From contig CAWJBB010000061.1 of NCBI GenBank assembly GCA_963840855.1, positions 119,252 to 183,251 on the forward strand: DNA of 64,000 nt, read 5' to 3'. The stretch comes from an uncultured delta proteobacterium (GTDB taxonomy: Bacteria; Desulfobacterota; Binatia; UBA9968). The position numbers and the translations under genes were made by a program. Of this stretch, positions 40,049 to 51,106 are shown piece by piece. Each line of letters begins with the position of its first letter. Position 1 is the first letter of the stretch. The notes under the pieces were generated by a model. That model did not search any database. It had not been told where the DNA came from and saw only the letters and a program-made list of their open reading frames with translations.

Positions 40049-43000
40049 CTAAACAGGCCATTCCGGTGTGCGCCCAGCATAAGTGATCGAGAACAAGATG
40101 TCCTCGATCTCCGCGTTCCTGAAAAGGTTCTTGGTCGTGTCATCGGTCGGCAGCGCCAATTCCCACTCGCCGATAGGAGCTTTGTTGTCGGTAATCGGCA
40201 GCCACTTGCTGCCATTCGCTCTGCGCGTGCTGATGACGCCATCGATCGAATCAGCGGAACCGCCGACTGGAGTCTCGTCGTTCTGCCTTTTGAACAAGAG
40301 CCGAACGCCCTGTATTTCGATAGGTTGTCCATTTGCTGGGGCAAGGTAGAACACCAAATGCTCCGTCTTCAGATCGTCAAGGTTGGGAAGGAAGTCCGCG
40401 CGCCCGGTCTTGAAGCGCACCGTCATCGGCGTCGCCGCTTGGTCGGGGTTGTGGAGTTCGTACCACTGATCCGGGAACTGCAGGCGGAAACTCAACGGCT
40501 GATCGACGCTGGGATCCGGATCGAGTGTCTGGATCACCTGCTGCCGGTAGTCGAAACTGTTCAGAGCCGTGTATTCGAGGGTCAGGAGAACGTCGGCGAT
40601 GCTGGAGTAGTCGAAAGGGTTGGCCGCCTTAGGCAGCTCGAGGCGCCAGACGGTATCTACGCCAGCTCCCTCGAAAGGCAGCAGCAGCTCAGGCTGGGAA
40701 TCGGGGACGAGTTCGAACAGGCCGGTCGCGTCCCGGGGCGAGGTGAGGCTCACGGTCTCCGGGTCGCGGCGCACCACCACATTTCGGAAGGTGTCGCCAC
40801 CGATCACGACGCGCGAGGTTCCCGGACTGCTCAGGGTGGCGCGGATGCCCTCGGTGGGCGGGATGAGCGCGATCACCGACATCCGCACCCGCTTGACCAG
40901 ACGTAGATAGTGGCCGGGAAAGTCGCGGTCGAACAGCGCCTGCGGCGTGCCGATGATCATCACGCCGGTCTCCCGGAAGCGCGCGAATTCGATCGGGGCG
41001 AGCCTGGCCAGTGAGAGCGTCTTGGTGAGCTGCAGCTTGCGCCGATCGGTGAGGAAGGCATGCTGGTCGAGCTGAACGATGTCGGCGAGCAGCCGCGCCG
41101 AGCCCGTCATTCCCCGGCGGTCCGGACCGCCCTCGGAGGCCGCATAGTAGTCGCCCTGAATGACCCCCTGAGGCGCTTCCTGCCGCTCGAAGGCAAGCTG
41201 GTTCTCCGCGAGCTTGGCCATGGCTGTCGCCTGCTGGAGGAAGAAGCGGTAGACCCCGTCCAGGACCTCGCTCATGAACTCATAGAGCTCGGCGCTGGTG
41301 AATTTCCCGGCCAGGAACTGGACAGTGGCTCCAGCATGCTCCATCCGGAGATGGGCGATCCGCTGCTCCTGCGTCGCCACCGCCACTTGATCCTTCGCGA
41401 GAACCATCTGCTGGAGGCCGATGAAGGAGTCGTGTCGTGCCAGGTGGCGCTGCAGTTCCCAGTCCTCTGCGCGACGTTCAAAGCTCGCGATCTGGCCGAA
41501 CATCGATCCCAGCCCAGAGACCAGGCCGAGGCCGGCACCTTCCGGACCACCGATGCCATCTCTACCAGCACCCGAGGCGGCGCCACTTACCACGGACCCA
41601 ATAACGCCGCCAACCATGCTTGCCTTTTCCCAAAAACTAAACCCCTCCTGGAGCAAGTCGTCGAAGTGGAAGAACTGAATTTGCGCGCGGCCATACTGCA
41701 GCCGAGCCAGTGTGATGCCGTCCGCAGCCTCCTTCACCCGCAGGTCATGCAGGCGCACGGTTTCGCTGGCCAGCTCGACGTCCTGGATGGCCTTGAGGAG
41801 GTCGTACGACACCGCGTCACGCTTCTCCAACGCAGCCAACAGAGCGGCTTCCATCTGGGCGGCATTTTGGATGAGATCTTTGGCCCGCCCGATAAGCACG
41901 GCGTATCGGTAGGGCGTCGGTTGCCGTGGCGCGACTGAGGTCCCAGCGGCGAGCTCGGGCGAAAGTTGGCGCTCCAGCCCGGCGATGTTGCGCCCGAGGC
42001 GCAGCTTGCGCAGGTTCGACTCGGCGTGCAGGCGTAGCGCCTCGACCACGGGATCTAGGCCGAAGGAGCTGGCCGGAGCGGCGGTGGCACCCGCAGCGGG
42101 GTACGCGATCCCGAGTAGCTCGAGCGCCGTCTGGTACAGGGCGCGGGCACGGGCGACCGACTCGTCGGTGTCTCGGGTGTACTCCGCATCCGCGAACTGC
42201 TCGAAGCAGCGCACCAGCGAGATAATGGTGAAACGAGTCAGAGCGTTCGCTCGGTCTCGCACGACATCGTGCGCATTCAGCCCCTCCCGTGGCCAGTTTG
42301 CCGGGCGCTGGAACTTGGAGTCGATGCTCTCTTCCATCGTGAGCCCGCGGTAGATCTTGCGCTGCGGAGGAGGCAAGTGATAGGCGTACACGGCCTGAAA
42401 CCAGTCCAAGGCGGCTGAGTATTCGCCCGATCGCTGCAATTGGAGCGCGCAGAGCAAAGGGACGAAGTAGAAGACCTCCTTCAGGTAGCTCGGCGTGGCC
42501 TCATGTGGCTCATGCGGGCCCGTGAAAGGTGCCATGATCTCGGCGCTGAGCGCCTGTCGGTCCGCTAGCTGTTTGTCCGTCAGTTGCTCGGTCATGACGA
42601 AGGTGCTGCTCTTGAGCTTCGTCGGGAAAGCGTTGTCGTTGAGAAACTCCTTGCGCAGGTCTTCCAGGTACTTCCCGGCTTCGTTACGTGCCTCTATGGG
42701 CGTGATGCGCGCGAAGCTGCGCAGGTTCTTGATCAAATCCTTATAGGCATTGGTTGGCTCGGTGACCGGGCGCGATGTGGGCGGGAAATGCTCTTTTGAA
42801 GTAACGGGTCGCAACGTCGGCAGCAGGTGGCTCTCCGGGTAGATGAAGACCCGCATGGCGCCTTGCCAGGTCTCGTGAGACCCCCAGAACCCCCAGTCCT
42901 CATCGAAGTTGGCCTCGGTATAGCCGGGGGAGTTGTTCGAGGGCGGCTCCAGCTTCAGCCTCCAACTGGCCGCGGGGTGGCCGGCCGTGAAGGCGCCGAC

Positions 43001-45115
43001 GCGCACCCCGAACAGCACGCCCTGTACAGTTTCGACCGCCTGGGCGAGGCGAGTGGTCTGCTGCGCGGCGCCGGCGGCGAAGTCGATCAGCAGGCCGCGT
43101 GCGGCGTCTCCAGCCGTGGCGGCGAGAAGGTCACGCAGCCCCGGGAGGACTTCCTCTTCGGCGGCGTACACGACGGCGCGCAGGGCCTGGATGACGTCTT
43201 GTTGCTGGTTGATCCGCGTTTGCAGAGTCGCCTGCCACGCCCGGCGCTCCCGGGCCGTTGCGCGCCACTCGGGCAGCTCAACGAGAGGTGTCGTGTGATC
43301 GGGCAGTACGAAATAGTCTGGACCCAGGGTAAGCCCCTTGGCCTGCTCCTCGGCGCGCCAATCAGCATAGCGACCGAGCTTGGTCGCCTGCGCGGCGATG
43401 GCGTACACATCAGCCCAATCATCGTCCAGGACGGTTTCATCGACAGGCAGGTCCCGAATTAGATCCCGGCTGCGCATGAGGCGCAGGAATGCCGTCAGGG
43501 ACAGGCGCTTCTGGGTGAGCCGGGGGGCGATGTCCTTGCCGGCGTGGTAGTCGGCGAGCAGGGCCGTTAAGTCTTCGACCTTGGCCACGAACTGGCCGAC
43601 GACTGCGTCGAATCCGGCGAGCGGCGTTGTCTTACTTTTGCGGAGAGCGTCGATTCGCTTGAGGAGGTCGGTCATCTCATCTTTGCGCTTATCCCACAGC
43701 GTAAAAGCGGGATCGACGTCCTTCTTGCGCGTGCGAAAGTCGTTCTCGTTCAACAGGTCAGGGTTGACGATGGGGACAGGGATCTCGCCGTAGACGCGGG
43801 CGGCGTTGTCTTGCTCCTGCCACTGCGCCCGTAGCCGGTCGAGCTGCCAGGTGAGCAGCAGCGGTTGCGGGCCGCGGATCAGCGGATCGCGGGTGGTGGC
43901 CTGCAACCCGAAGAGCTGCTCGAGCTTGTCCTCGGTGACCTGTTCGGGCAACAGCACCAACAGGTCCAGCCGGTCAGGCCGGTCGACCCCGAGCCGGGCC
44001 GCGAGCCTCTTCCGGGTCGGCTCATCACCGCGCGCGCGCCGGATCTCGTCGAATGATGTACCGAGGCTGCGCAGCAGGGCCACGTATGCCTGCTGCCGGT
44101 ACTTCGCCTCTTCCGCCGCCGGCGCGCTCCTGTTGACGTCAGCCAGAAAGGCACGGAGCACCTCCACGCACAGTCTCACCTGGTGAACCGGGGCCGTAGC
44201 AGCCTCGCGGTTGTTCGGGTGGGTCAACTCGCCGAAAGGCTGCTTATAGATCGTTTTGAGCCGAGCCGCATCGAGTGGCGTGTTCTGGGCGTCGACAACG
44301 ATTCGCTTCTTCGCGAATCCCGGCGGATCATCGCCGACGAGGTCGTTCAGGTAGGCAGCCAGGTTGAAAACATCACTCGGATCCTTGGGCTGGAAGGTCT
44401 CGACCGCATTCAACGTCACCTGCTTTGCTGGAGTGGTGTTTCCTTCCCCATCGCGTGCCCGCACGAGCAACTGATACGTGCCCGCGGGCGACACCTCCAC
44501 GTCCGCGGTCCACGATGACCAGTCACCCGGAGCCTTGGGCGTCGCCCGGGTGAACTCCGCCCCCTGACCGAGCAGCCATTCAACCGCCACAACCGGGCTG
44601 AGGTCATCGGGCGCGACACCCGCCAACCGGAAAGTCGTCTTCCCGTTGACTACCGCCTGCGTCATGATATTCGCCGTGGTGAGACTGAGGGCGGGCGGCG
44701 TACGGTCCACGGTCACGAACACGGTGTCCTCGGCCTCGGTCGGCTGCGGGCCTAGGCCCGCCGACACGCTCGCCCTGATCTGCAGGGTATCGTTGACCAC
44801 ACCGCTAATGGTCAGCGGATCAGTGGTCCAGGTCGTGAACATCCTCCGATTTGTGCCCGGGATGAGCGGCCCGGTCGGCTTAGCTTTCACAAAGCCATGA
44901 GAAAGGCCGAGACGAACTCTCACCTCGGAGATGCTCTCAGGCGACTCCTCGCTCCCATTGTTTCCGGGGTTCTCCTCGTCGGTGGTCGTCACGACGCACC
45001 CCGCCGTACCCGTGACCGTGATGATCGTTCCCCGGACGATTCCCCCGGCACCCGTCGGGATCGGGTCGATACCGACGCTGGGGTCAAATGTCACTGTCAC
45101 TTGAGGCCTAGGCAT
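40049..45115 (-). CDS. Tc toxin subunit A-like protein (compact) with N-terminal Ig-like domains
   Basis: W..W...W..MRVFIYPE..L.P.LR; EVFYFVPLL; PYRYAVL...ALEKRD; RRAEDWELQ; KFTSAELY; FDRDFPGHYLR; LPFEGAG (C-terminal TcB-binding domain). Confidence 0.85.
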   Translation of the reverse strand: MPRPQVTVTFDPSVGIDPIPTGAGGIVRGTIITVTGTAGCVVTTTDEENPGNNGSEESPESISEVRVRLGLSHGFVKAKPTGPLIPGTNRRMFTTWTTDPLTISGVVNDTLQIRASVSAGLGPQPTEAEDTVFVTVDRTPPALSLTTANIMTQAVVNGKTTFRLAGVAPDDLSPVVAVEWLLGQGAEFTRATPKAPGDWSSWTADVEVSPAGTYQLLVRARDGEGNTTPAKQVTLNAVETFQPKDPSDVFNLAAYLNDLVGDDPPGFAKKRIVVDAQNTPLDAARLKTIYKQPFGELTHPNNREAATAPVHQVRLCVEVLRAFLADVNRSAPAAEEAKYRQQAYVALLRSLGTSFDEIRRARGDEPTRKRLAARLGVDRPDRLDLLVLLPEQVTEDKLEQLFGLQATTRDPLIRGPQPLLLTWQLDRLRAQWQEQDNAARVYGEIPVPIVNPDLLNENDFRTRKKDVDPAFTLWDKRKDEMTDLLKRIDALRKSKTTPLAGFDAVVGQFVAKVEDLTALLADYHAGKDIAPRLTQKRLSLTAFLRLMRSRDLIRDLPVDETVLDDDWADVYAIAAQATKLGRYADWRAEEQAKGLTLGPDYFVLPDHTTPLVELPEWRATARERRAWQATLQTRINQQQDVIQALRAVVYAAEEEVLPGLRDLLAATAGDAARGLLIDFAAGAAQQTTRLAQAVETVQGVLFGVRVGAFTAGHPAASWRLKLEPPSNNSPGYTEANFDEDWGFWGSHETWQGAMRVFIYPESHLLPTLRPVTSKEHFPPTSRPVTEPTNAYKDLIKNLRSFARITPIEARNEAGKYLEDLRKEFLNDNAFPTKLKSSTFVMTEQLTDKQLADRQALSAEIMAPFTGPHEPHEATPSYLKEVFYFVPLLCALQLQRSGEYSAALDWFQAVYAYHLPPPQRKIYRGLTMEESIDSKFQRPANWPREGLNAHDVVRDRANALTRFTIISLVRCFEQFADAEYTRDTDESVARARALYQTALELLGIAYPAAGATAAPASSFGLDPVVEALRLHAESNLRKLRLGRNIAGLERQLSPELAAGTSVAPRQPTPYRYAVLIGRAKDLIQNAAQMEAALLAALEKRDAVSYDLLKAIQDVELASETVRLHDLRVKEAADGITLARLQYGRAQIQFFHFDDLLQEGFSFWEKASMVGGVIGSVVSGAASGAGRDGIGGPEGAGLGLVSGLGSMFGQIASFERRAEDWELQRHLARHDSFIGLQQMVLAKDQVAVATQEQRIAHLRMEHAGATVQFLAGKFTSAELYEFMSEVLDGVYRFFLQQATAMAKLAENQLAFERQEAPQGVIQGDYYAASEGGPDRRGMTGSARLLADIVQLDQHAFLTDRRKLQLTKTLSLARLAPIEFARFRETGVMIIGTPQALFDRDFPGHYLRLVKRVRMSVIALIPPTEGIRATLSSPGTSRVVIGGDTFRNVVVRRDPETVSLTSPRDATGLFELVPDSQPELLLPFEGAGVDTVWRLELPKAANPFDYSSIADVLLTLEYTALNSFDYRQQVIQTLDPDPSVDQPLSFRLQFPDQWYELHNPDQAATPMTVRFKTGRADFLPNLDDLKTEHLVFYLAPANGQPIEIQGVRLLFKRQNDETPVGGSADSIDGVISTRRANGSKWLPITDNKAPIGEWELALPTDDTTKNLFRNAEIEDILFSITYAGRTPEWPV

Positions 45116-45229
45116 AACAAACCCTCCTTTTAGAATCCGCGGTGAAGGCTGGTGAGCGCGCGGCCTAACATAACTTCACGCATGTTCGCCCGCCTTCAAT
45201 TCGCATTCCGGCCCACCCGTCCGAATCCA

Positions 45230-45560
45230 CCGGATATGCGCCGCATGCCACTTCGCGATGAAATGTCGAATAGGGCCAAATCCGTTACCTGTTCCATATA
45301 CCCATGCCTGACAGGGTTGTAACGGATGCAGTCCCCACGTCGCGCGAAATCCCGATCATCGCGGATACATTGTTCCAAATAATGCTGTCGCCAGATGCCT
45401 TGCTCACCTCTCGCATGCCGGCTTTCACTGCGTCGTTCGTCCTTCGGTATTTGCTGCGAGAATCCGGTTTTCATCAGCATCCATCGCGTGGGGTAATCGC
45501 AATCACCCACGGGTGATGTCTGTAAGACATGCGGGTGATCAGGCAGGATTACCGTCGCGT
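45230..45560 (-). pseudogene. REP-associated tyrosine transposase (RAYT/Y1) remnant
   Basis: VILPDHPH (decayed HUH), DYPTRW..K..FS, GIWRQHY.EQCIRDDRD, IRYNPVRHG. Confidence 0.7.
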
Positions 45561-48500
45561 CGTTTCGTTCTCTCTGAAAAATGCTGAGTGCTCTGCCGGG
45601 GTTTCCGGCGATAACTTTGCCTTTCGCGTTTCGGCTTAGGCTCCTGAGAGAGCCATCGGAGCGCGTTTGGGTCATTGCCAGAATAGCGTCCCGGTCTAAG
45701 CACAATTGCAACGTGCCCTGCAAATTGGCAATGACACGGCGTTTACTTTCACGAATGACACGGCGTTTACTTTCACGATTGATCGGAGCGGTGATAGCTT
45801 TCATCTTTGGCTTCTTCTGTCTTAGAATCTTTCTATTAGTGTCTGCGGGTTAAAAACTATTGTTTACGTGTAGCGCGTGTAACCGCTCTGCGCATATCCA
45901 CGGACTGACCTCACGTTCCGCTGTCAGATATTTTAAAAGCTCTTTGGAGGTGCACGGACCGAACCGCCTTGACCCTAACCAGCGCCGCCAAATGTTGGGG
46001 CTCGTACCTCACACGGCCACTTTCAGCGCGCGTTTAGGCGCGGCGCGTTATCGCTTAAAACCCGCACGGGGCTATTCAGGTCCGGCCGTGGCGGCGCCTT
46101 GGTACAGACGTTCGGATCCTGAGCTCTGAGCTGCTTCTGCCGCGCCTCAGCTACCTTGTCGAGTCCGAGCTCGACGTACTTTTCATGAACGGCCATGTCG
46201 TACACGAAGTTCCACTCGGGAGCATAGCCCTTGGCCAACTCCCTGTAGTATATCGCCACGGCGCGACCGTTGATTTCTTCTAGGACAGCCTGCTGGGCTT
46301 CAAGTCTCGCTTGTTTCTCTTGGTAAGCCGCGCCTTGATCGTTGGGTAAAGTGATTACAAAAGCTGCTGTGGCTCCCATGATGGCGACCAGCTGGGCTCG
46401 TGCGGCAAGGAACTGCGTGCCTTTGCCAATGCCGTAGCCCACGGTCAGCGTCTGCGCTTTCTCCTTTGCGGAGCCTGGGCCGAACACCACCAAGGCCGTC
46501 GCCACCGTTGCGACAACTTTCGTCCCCAAACCTCCGCCGGTCTTGCCACCTTTGTCACCTTCTCCATTTCCTTTACCTCCGCCGCTCGGACCACCTCCTC
46601 CCCCATGGCCTCCCCCACCTCCGCCACCTCCTCCTCCGGGAGGGGGCGGTCCTCCTCCCCCGGGACGAGGCGGCCTAAGTAACTCCATGCCTTCGGCTAT
46701 CTTTTTCCCGTAGACGAGATTCCAATCATTAGCTCTGTGTATGCTTCCAACAGGCAATCCCGATTTGGTAAGCGCTCCCTTCAGTCGCTCGCCCGCTCGA
46801 ATAAGATCGTTGCGTTCTTCGTTAATGAACCTGATTCTTTGGCTAAGAAGGTCCCTCTCCCGTCCTGGTGCTGCTGCCAGTTCTTCAACAACAAAACGAT
46901 GGAGGTTCCTAACATCGGGCCTACTCAGGTATGCCGTCACACCAAGACGCCACTGCTCAATTAGTCGGAGCAGTTCGTTTTGGCTCCACGTTATCTCAGG
47001 TGCACAGCCTGTGAGATCAACATAATGGATTGGATTTGCACCCGAATAGCAGTACGGAGTCATGTGGGAGGACTCGGCCAGCAAAGGGTCAACCGACACC
47101 CACCTTGCTAACCAGTGAGCAAAGTATCGTGCTCCGTGATAATTCAATCCGCTCTCCTCATCCCGCTCCATCCCCGTATACCGATACCGCTTCAGACTCA
47201 CCTCCGCCGCGCTCCGCCCCGCTTGATACGACGTGCTACCGTAGGGGTAATACTCCTCATACGAAATGATCTGCCCAGCCCCATCCAACTCCAGAGAAGC
47301 CGAGCCCAGATGGTTACCGAACTGGTAGCGGATGAGTTGCTGTGGCGCGGGGTTGTTACCTGCGGTGTCGAGGGTGCGCGTTTCCACCAGGACGACGCGC
47401 TGCTGGTCGTCCATAATATGCAGCGTCTCGCGCTCCAGTTTCACCGTATCACTGTCGTTCTCATACTCGCGGTAGATCTCGAAGCCTCCCAAGTAGATGC
47501 GTTCTTTCAAAAGCGTAGGCGTTTGTCCTGCAGCGGCTTGGTGCTCAGTCACCTTGCGTACGCGCTGGCCTGATACGTCGTACACGTAATAGGTGGTTTC
47601 CGGCGGGCCGCTGTTGTTGACCTGTTTTGAGGTTGCCCGGAGCTGGTCTTTGAAGTCCCACTCCATCTTCAAGAGATGGGGCAACGAAGTCATATTGCCG
47701 TGGGCGTCGTGGGTATATGGCTCGACAATAGGCTGGCTGCCATTCGCGTGAACGACGGTGCTGCTCAGGCGGTTGTTCTTCTTGCCGGGCTCAATCAGGC
47801 TGGATTCGCGGTGTGTATAAGCGCGCGTCCAATTGCCATTGGCCGCTTGATGAATCAGCTGCTCGAAATTGCCGACAGCGTCGTACTCATACCTCTCGGT
47901 GTAGTTCCGCATTGCCTGGCCGTCGTGGGGGTGCTGAAGATTCACGCGAAACTGATCGTTCCAGGTAGTCTCAGGCCGTCCAAGCTGACCGATGTGTTCG
48001 CGGCCTTTGGCTTCGATCAGGCGATAGATGGCATCATAGACATAGTCGCAGTGCGGCTCGACGACCTGGCCGTTGAAGTAAATCGTCTGCTGAGCATTGT
48101 CCCCGATAGAGGTGATGTTTCCGACTGGATCATAAGTGTAGACGAGATCCTGCAACTGCTCTGCGCCCCGTAGCGTCTTCAGGCGAGCAAGTCGGAAAGT
48201 CAGCGAGTCGTATTCGTACGTCGTCCGGACGCCGTTGCCATAGTCGATCAAGCCCCGCTGGCCTTTCGCGTCGTAATCGATATCCGTAACGAAAGCGGTA
48301 GCGACCACTGCGCCGCGCAGATTGACATCCACTTTTTCCAACAGATTTGCCTCGCTGAACGTGGGGTGGATGACGCTGTTGTCCGGCGTAGTGAGGGTTA
48401 TTGGACGGTTGAGCGCGTCATATGTTGTGCGATTTCGGTAGGTCCGTGCTTCAAGCGGTACGGAGACCGACCAGTTCAGCGTCGTTTTGTACTCCTCGGC

Positions 48501-49649
48501 AAGCTGGCGCTGACTGCTTAGCAAGTTGCCTTTGAAATCGTAGTCGTCGCTGGTAATGACGCCTGCCTGGTCGAAGAGTTGAACCACCTTGCCGCGCAGG
48601 TTCCTGGCCTCGGGATTGGGCCGGGTTTCGCCATAGACGGTGCGCCCCACGTGCAGCTCTACACCGGCGCCTTCGCGCAAGAAGGAGTCCGTCGGTCGCC
48701 GTAGGCGGTCGTATGCGGTGCGAAACTGGTGATCGCGGCTGTCCCAGGCGTAAAGCGGATTGCCTGCGACATCGTTGAGCATCCAGCGCTCGCCGGCCTC
48801 CATGCTAGCCTGGCGGATGGCATTGCTCAGGATGTCGTAGTCGTAGCGCATGACGATGCGGTCCCTGGCATCGATCACTTCGCGCTGGTTGCCTTCGATG
48901 TCGAGCTCAACGCGGGTGGAATATTTCTCCTCGACAACAGCGCCACTCCGCTCGAACCGATTGTGCGCGAGAGTCAGGAAGGTGCGCCCCAGCGAGTCGG
49001 CGTGGGCGACGGTGGGCGTATCCGCGTGGACGGCCGCCTTTTCCGCAGCAGCCTGTTCATGTTGCCCAAGTTGACCGTTCTTCCGTGCCTCATGCCAGGT
49101 AGGGAGGTATTCCGTATCCGGCAAGCGAGTAAAGAACCCTTTGACGTCATCGTCTGTCCTGGGATTACGCATGACGGTGTCGTTGACGTCATAAGTCGTC
49201 TGTTGCCACGGATCGAAGACGACTTTTTCCCAAGTGTGGTTGGGGTGAAGCATTACGACGACGCGCTCGACCGGATCGTAAAAAAGAGTCGAGCTGACTC
49301 CTATGCGGACGTCGAACTCGAAGCGGTGGGTATCGGTAAAGAACGGCTCATACTGCTTGATGGGTTTGCCCTTGTTGTTGAAGATCGTCCAACCACTACC
49401 GACCCAGCGCGGACTGACTACGGGCCCGCCCTCGAGGACGGAACCGGGTTCGGCTTGTATCTTTTTCTGAATCTCACGACCGAAGCCGTCGGAATAACTC
49501 AGGCTCACCTGCACCTTCAGCCCACCGGGGGGGAGCGGATCGCTCGCGTGGGTTTCGCGGACGAGGGTGGCCGCAAACACCGGCTGTTGTGTCGCTCTAT
49601 ACCGATCCAAGTCGTACACGATCCGGGTCGTGGCCTTATATTAGTAAGG

Positions 49650-49850
49650 TCACGTTTATAGGTATAACGTAATTGGATTAACACCGATTCTGAGAGCTTG
49701 CTGGCATGAGGACCTTCGAGGCCTGATCCGCCATGAGGATCTGGGGCAGACTGTCCCGGCCAGCGAGAGAACGGAGCTAAAGGTTCAATAGAAAGTTGTC
49801 CCTTGGAGGACCGATATAAGGCGAACATTCCGTTCAGCGCTTTTAGAAAA
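49650..49850 (+). ncRNA. Predicted bridge RNA (ends approximate)
   Basis: Two internal loops whose guides match the target (TCGAGGCCT / GGGGCAG) and the donor (ATAGAAAGT / ATATAAG). Confidence 0.8.
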
Positions 49851-49879
49851 GGGAATAAAAAAAGAAGGAGTAGAAGAAC

Positions 49880-51106
49880 TTGGAGCGATACTATTTGGGT
49901 GTGGATTGGGCCGATGAGTTTCATCAGGTTTGGGTCGGCGATGTAGAGGGCAAAAAAGTAATCGAGATAAAACTGGCTCAGAAAGCCGAAGCCCTGAGTG
50001 AGTTTGGCCGCTGGCTCGACGAGCGTCGGGCGCAGGGGATCGAGTTGTGGGCGGCCATTGAGAAGCCACAAGGGCGGATTGTGGATTTTCTGTTGGATCA
50101 TGGGGTAGTGGTCTATCCGATCAATCCCAAGGCTTTGGATCGATCTCGGGATCGGTTTCGGATGAGCCAGTCCAAGAGCGATTCCTTTGATGCCTACGTG
50201 TTGGCGGATATTGTGAGGAGCGATCATGCCCGCTTGAGAGCCCTTCAACCCGATTCTGAGCAGGCCCAGGAACTTAAAATGCTCACTCGGGATCACCACC
50301 GTCTGGGGCGCCATAAAACGCGTATACGCAATCTGCTCGATCGCACCCTTAAAGAGTACTATCCACGGCCCTTGGAGGTGTTTGCTGATCTGGAATCGAA
50401 GATTGCCCTGGATTTTCTCACGAAGTATCCGACCCCCCAAGCCCTGTCGAATCTTAGCCGCAGAGAATGGAACCGCTTTGCCATGCGCGAGCATCATCTT
50501 GGTAAGGAGCGCTGTGAGCAGTTGTGGGAAGATCTCAATAAACCTCAACTGAAGGTTCCCGAGCATGTGGTGAGAGCCAAGTCGCAGTTGCTTGCGGTGC
50601 TCGTGGGTCAGCTCAAAACTTTGAGTGAAGCGGTGGATAGCTACCGCGAAAAGGTCCAACGTTTTTTCGCCTCTACGCCGGCATCTGATCTGGCCAAGAC
50701 GCTGCCGGGCGGCAAGAGTGGAACGACCATACCCATGCTTTGGGCTGAGCTGGGCGATACTGAGAGTCGATGGGTTTCTTTTCGTCACCTTCAGGCCGAG
50801 GCCGGTGCGGTGCCGGTGACCATAAAGAGTGGCAAGAGCTGTTTTGTACAGTTTCGTTATGCGTGTAACAAGCTGCTGCGTTATGCCACTTACTGGTTTT
50901 CCTTTAGCTCGCTCAATCGGTGCGAGTGGGCGGACAAATACTATCGCGACCAACGGGCGAAGGGACACAGCCATCCTCAAGCGCTTCGGGCTTTGGGAGC
51001 CAAGTGGCTCAAGATTATTTTCGTGATGTGGCGAGACCATAAACCGTACGACGAAAACTACCATTTGGCCAATATCACCAGGCAAAGAATGCGCCAGGCC
51101 ACATAA
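49880..51106 (+). CDS. IS110 family DEDD recombinase/transposase
   Basis: GVDWA, AIEKP, KSDSFDA (DEDD); C-terminal PVTIKSG serine motif; intact 408 aa. Confidence 0.92.
   Translation: MERYYLGVDWADEFHQVWVGDVEGKKVIEIKLAQKAEALSEFGRWLDERRAQGIELWAAIEKPQGRIVDFLLDHGVVVYPINPKALDRSRDRFRMSQSKSDSFDAYVLADIVRSDHARLRALQPDSEQAQELKMLTRDHHRLGRHKTRIRNLLDRTLKEYYPRPLEVFADLESKIALDFLTKYPTPQALSNLSRREWNRFAMREHHLGKERCEQLWEDLNKPQLKVPEHVVRAKSQLLAVLVGQLKTLSEAVDSYREKVQRFFASTPASDLAKTLPGGKSGTTIPMLWAELGDTESRWVSFRHLQAEAGAVPVTIKSGKSCFVQFRYACNKLLRYATYWFSFSSLNRCEWADKYYRDQRAKGHSHPQALRALGAKWLKIIFVMWRDHKPYDENYHLANITRQRMRQAT

Noticed and set aside
45860-46129. Immunity gene for the RHS toxin
   Set aside because: The only ORF here is on the opposite strand, overlaps the toxin end and looks non-coding.
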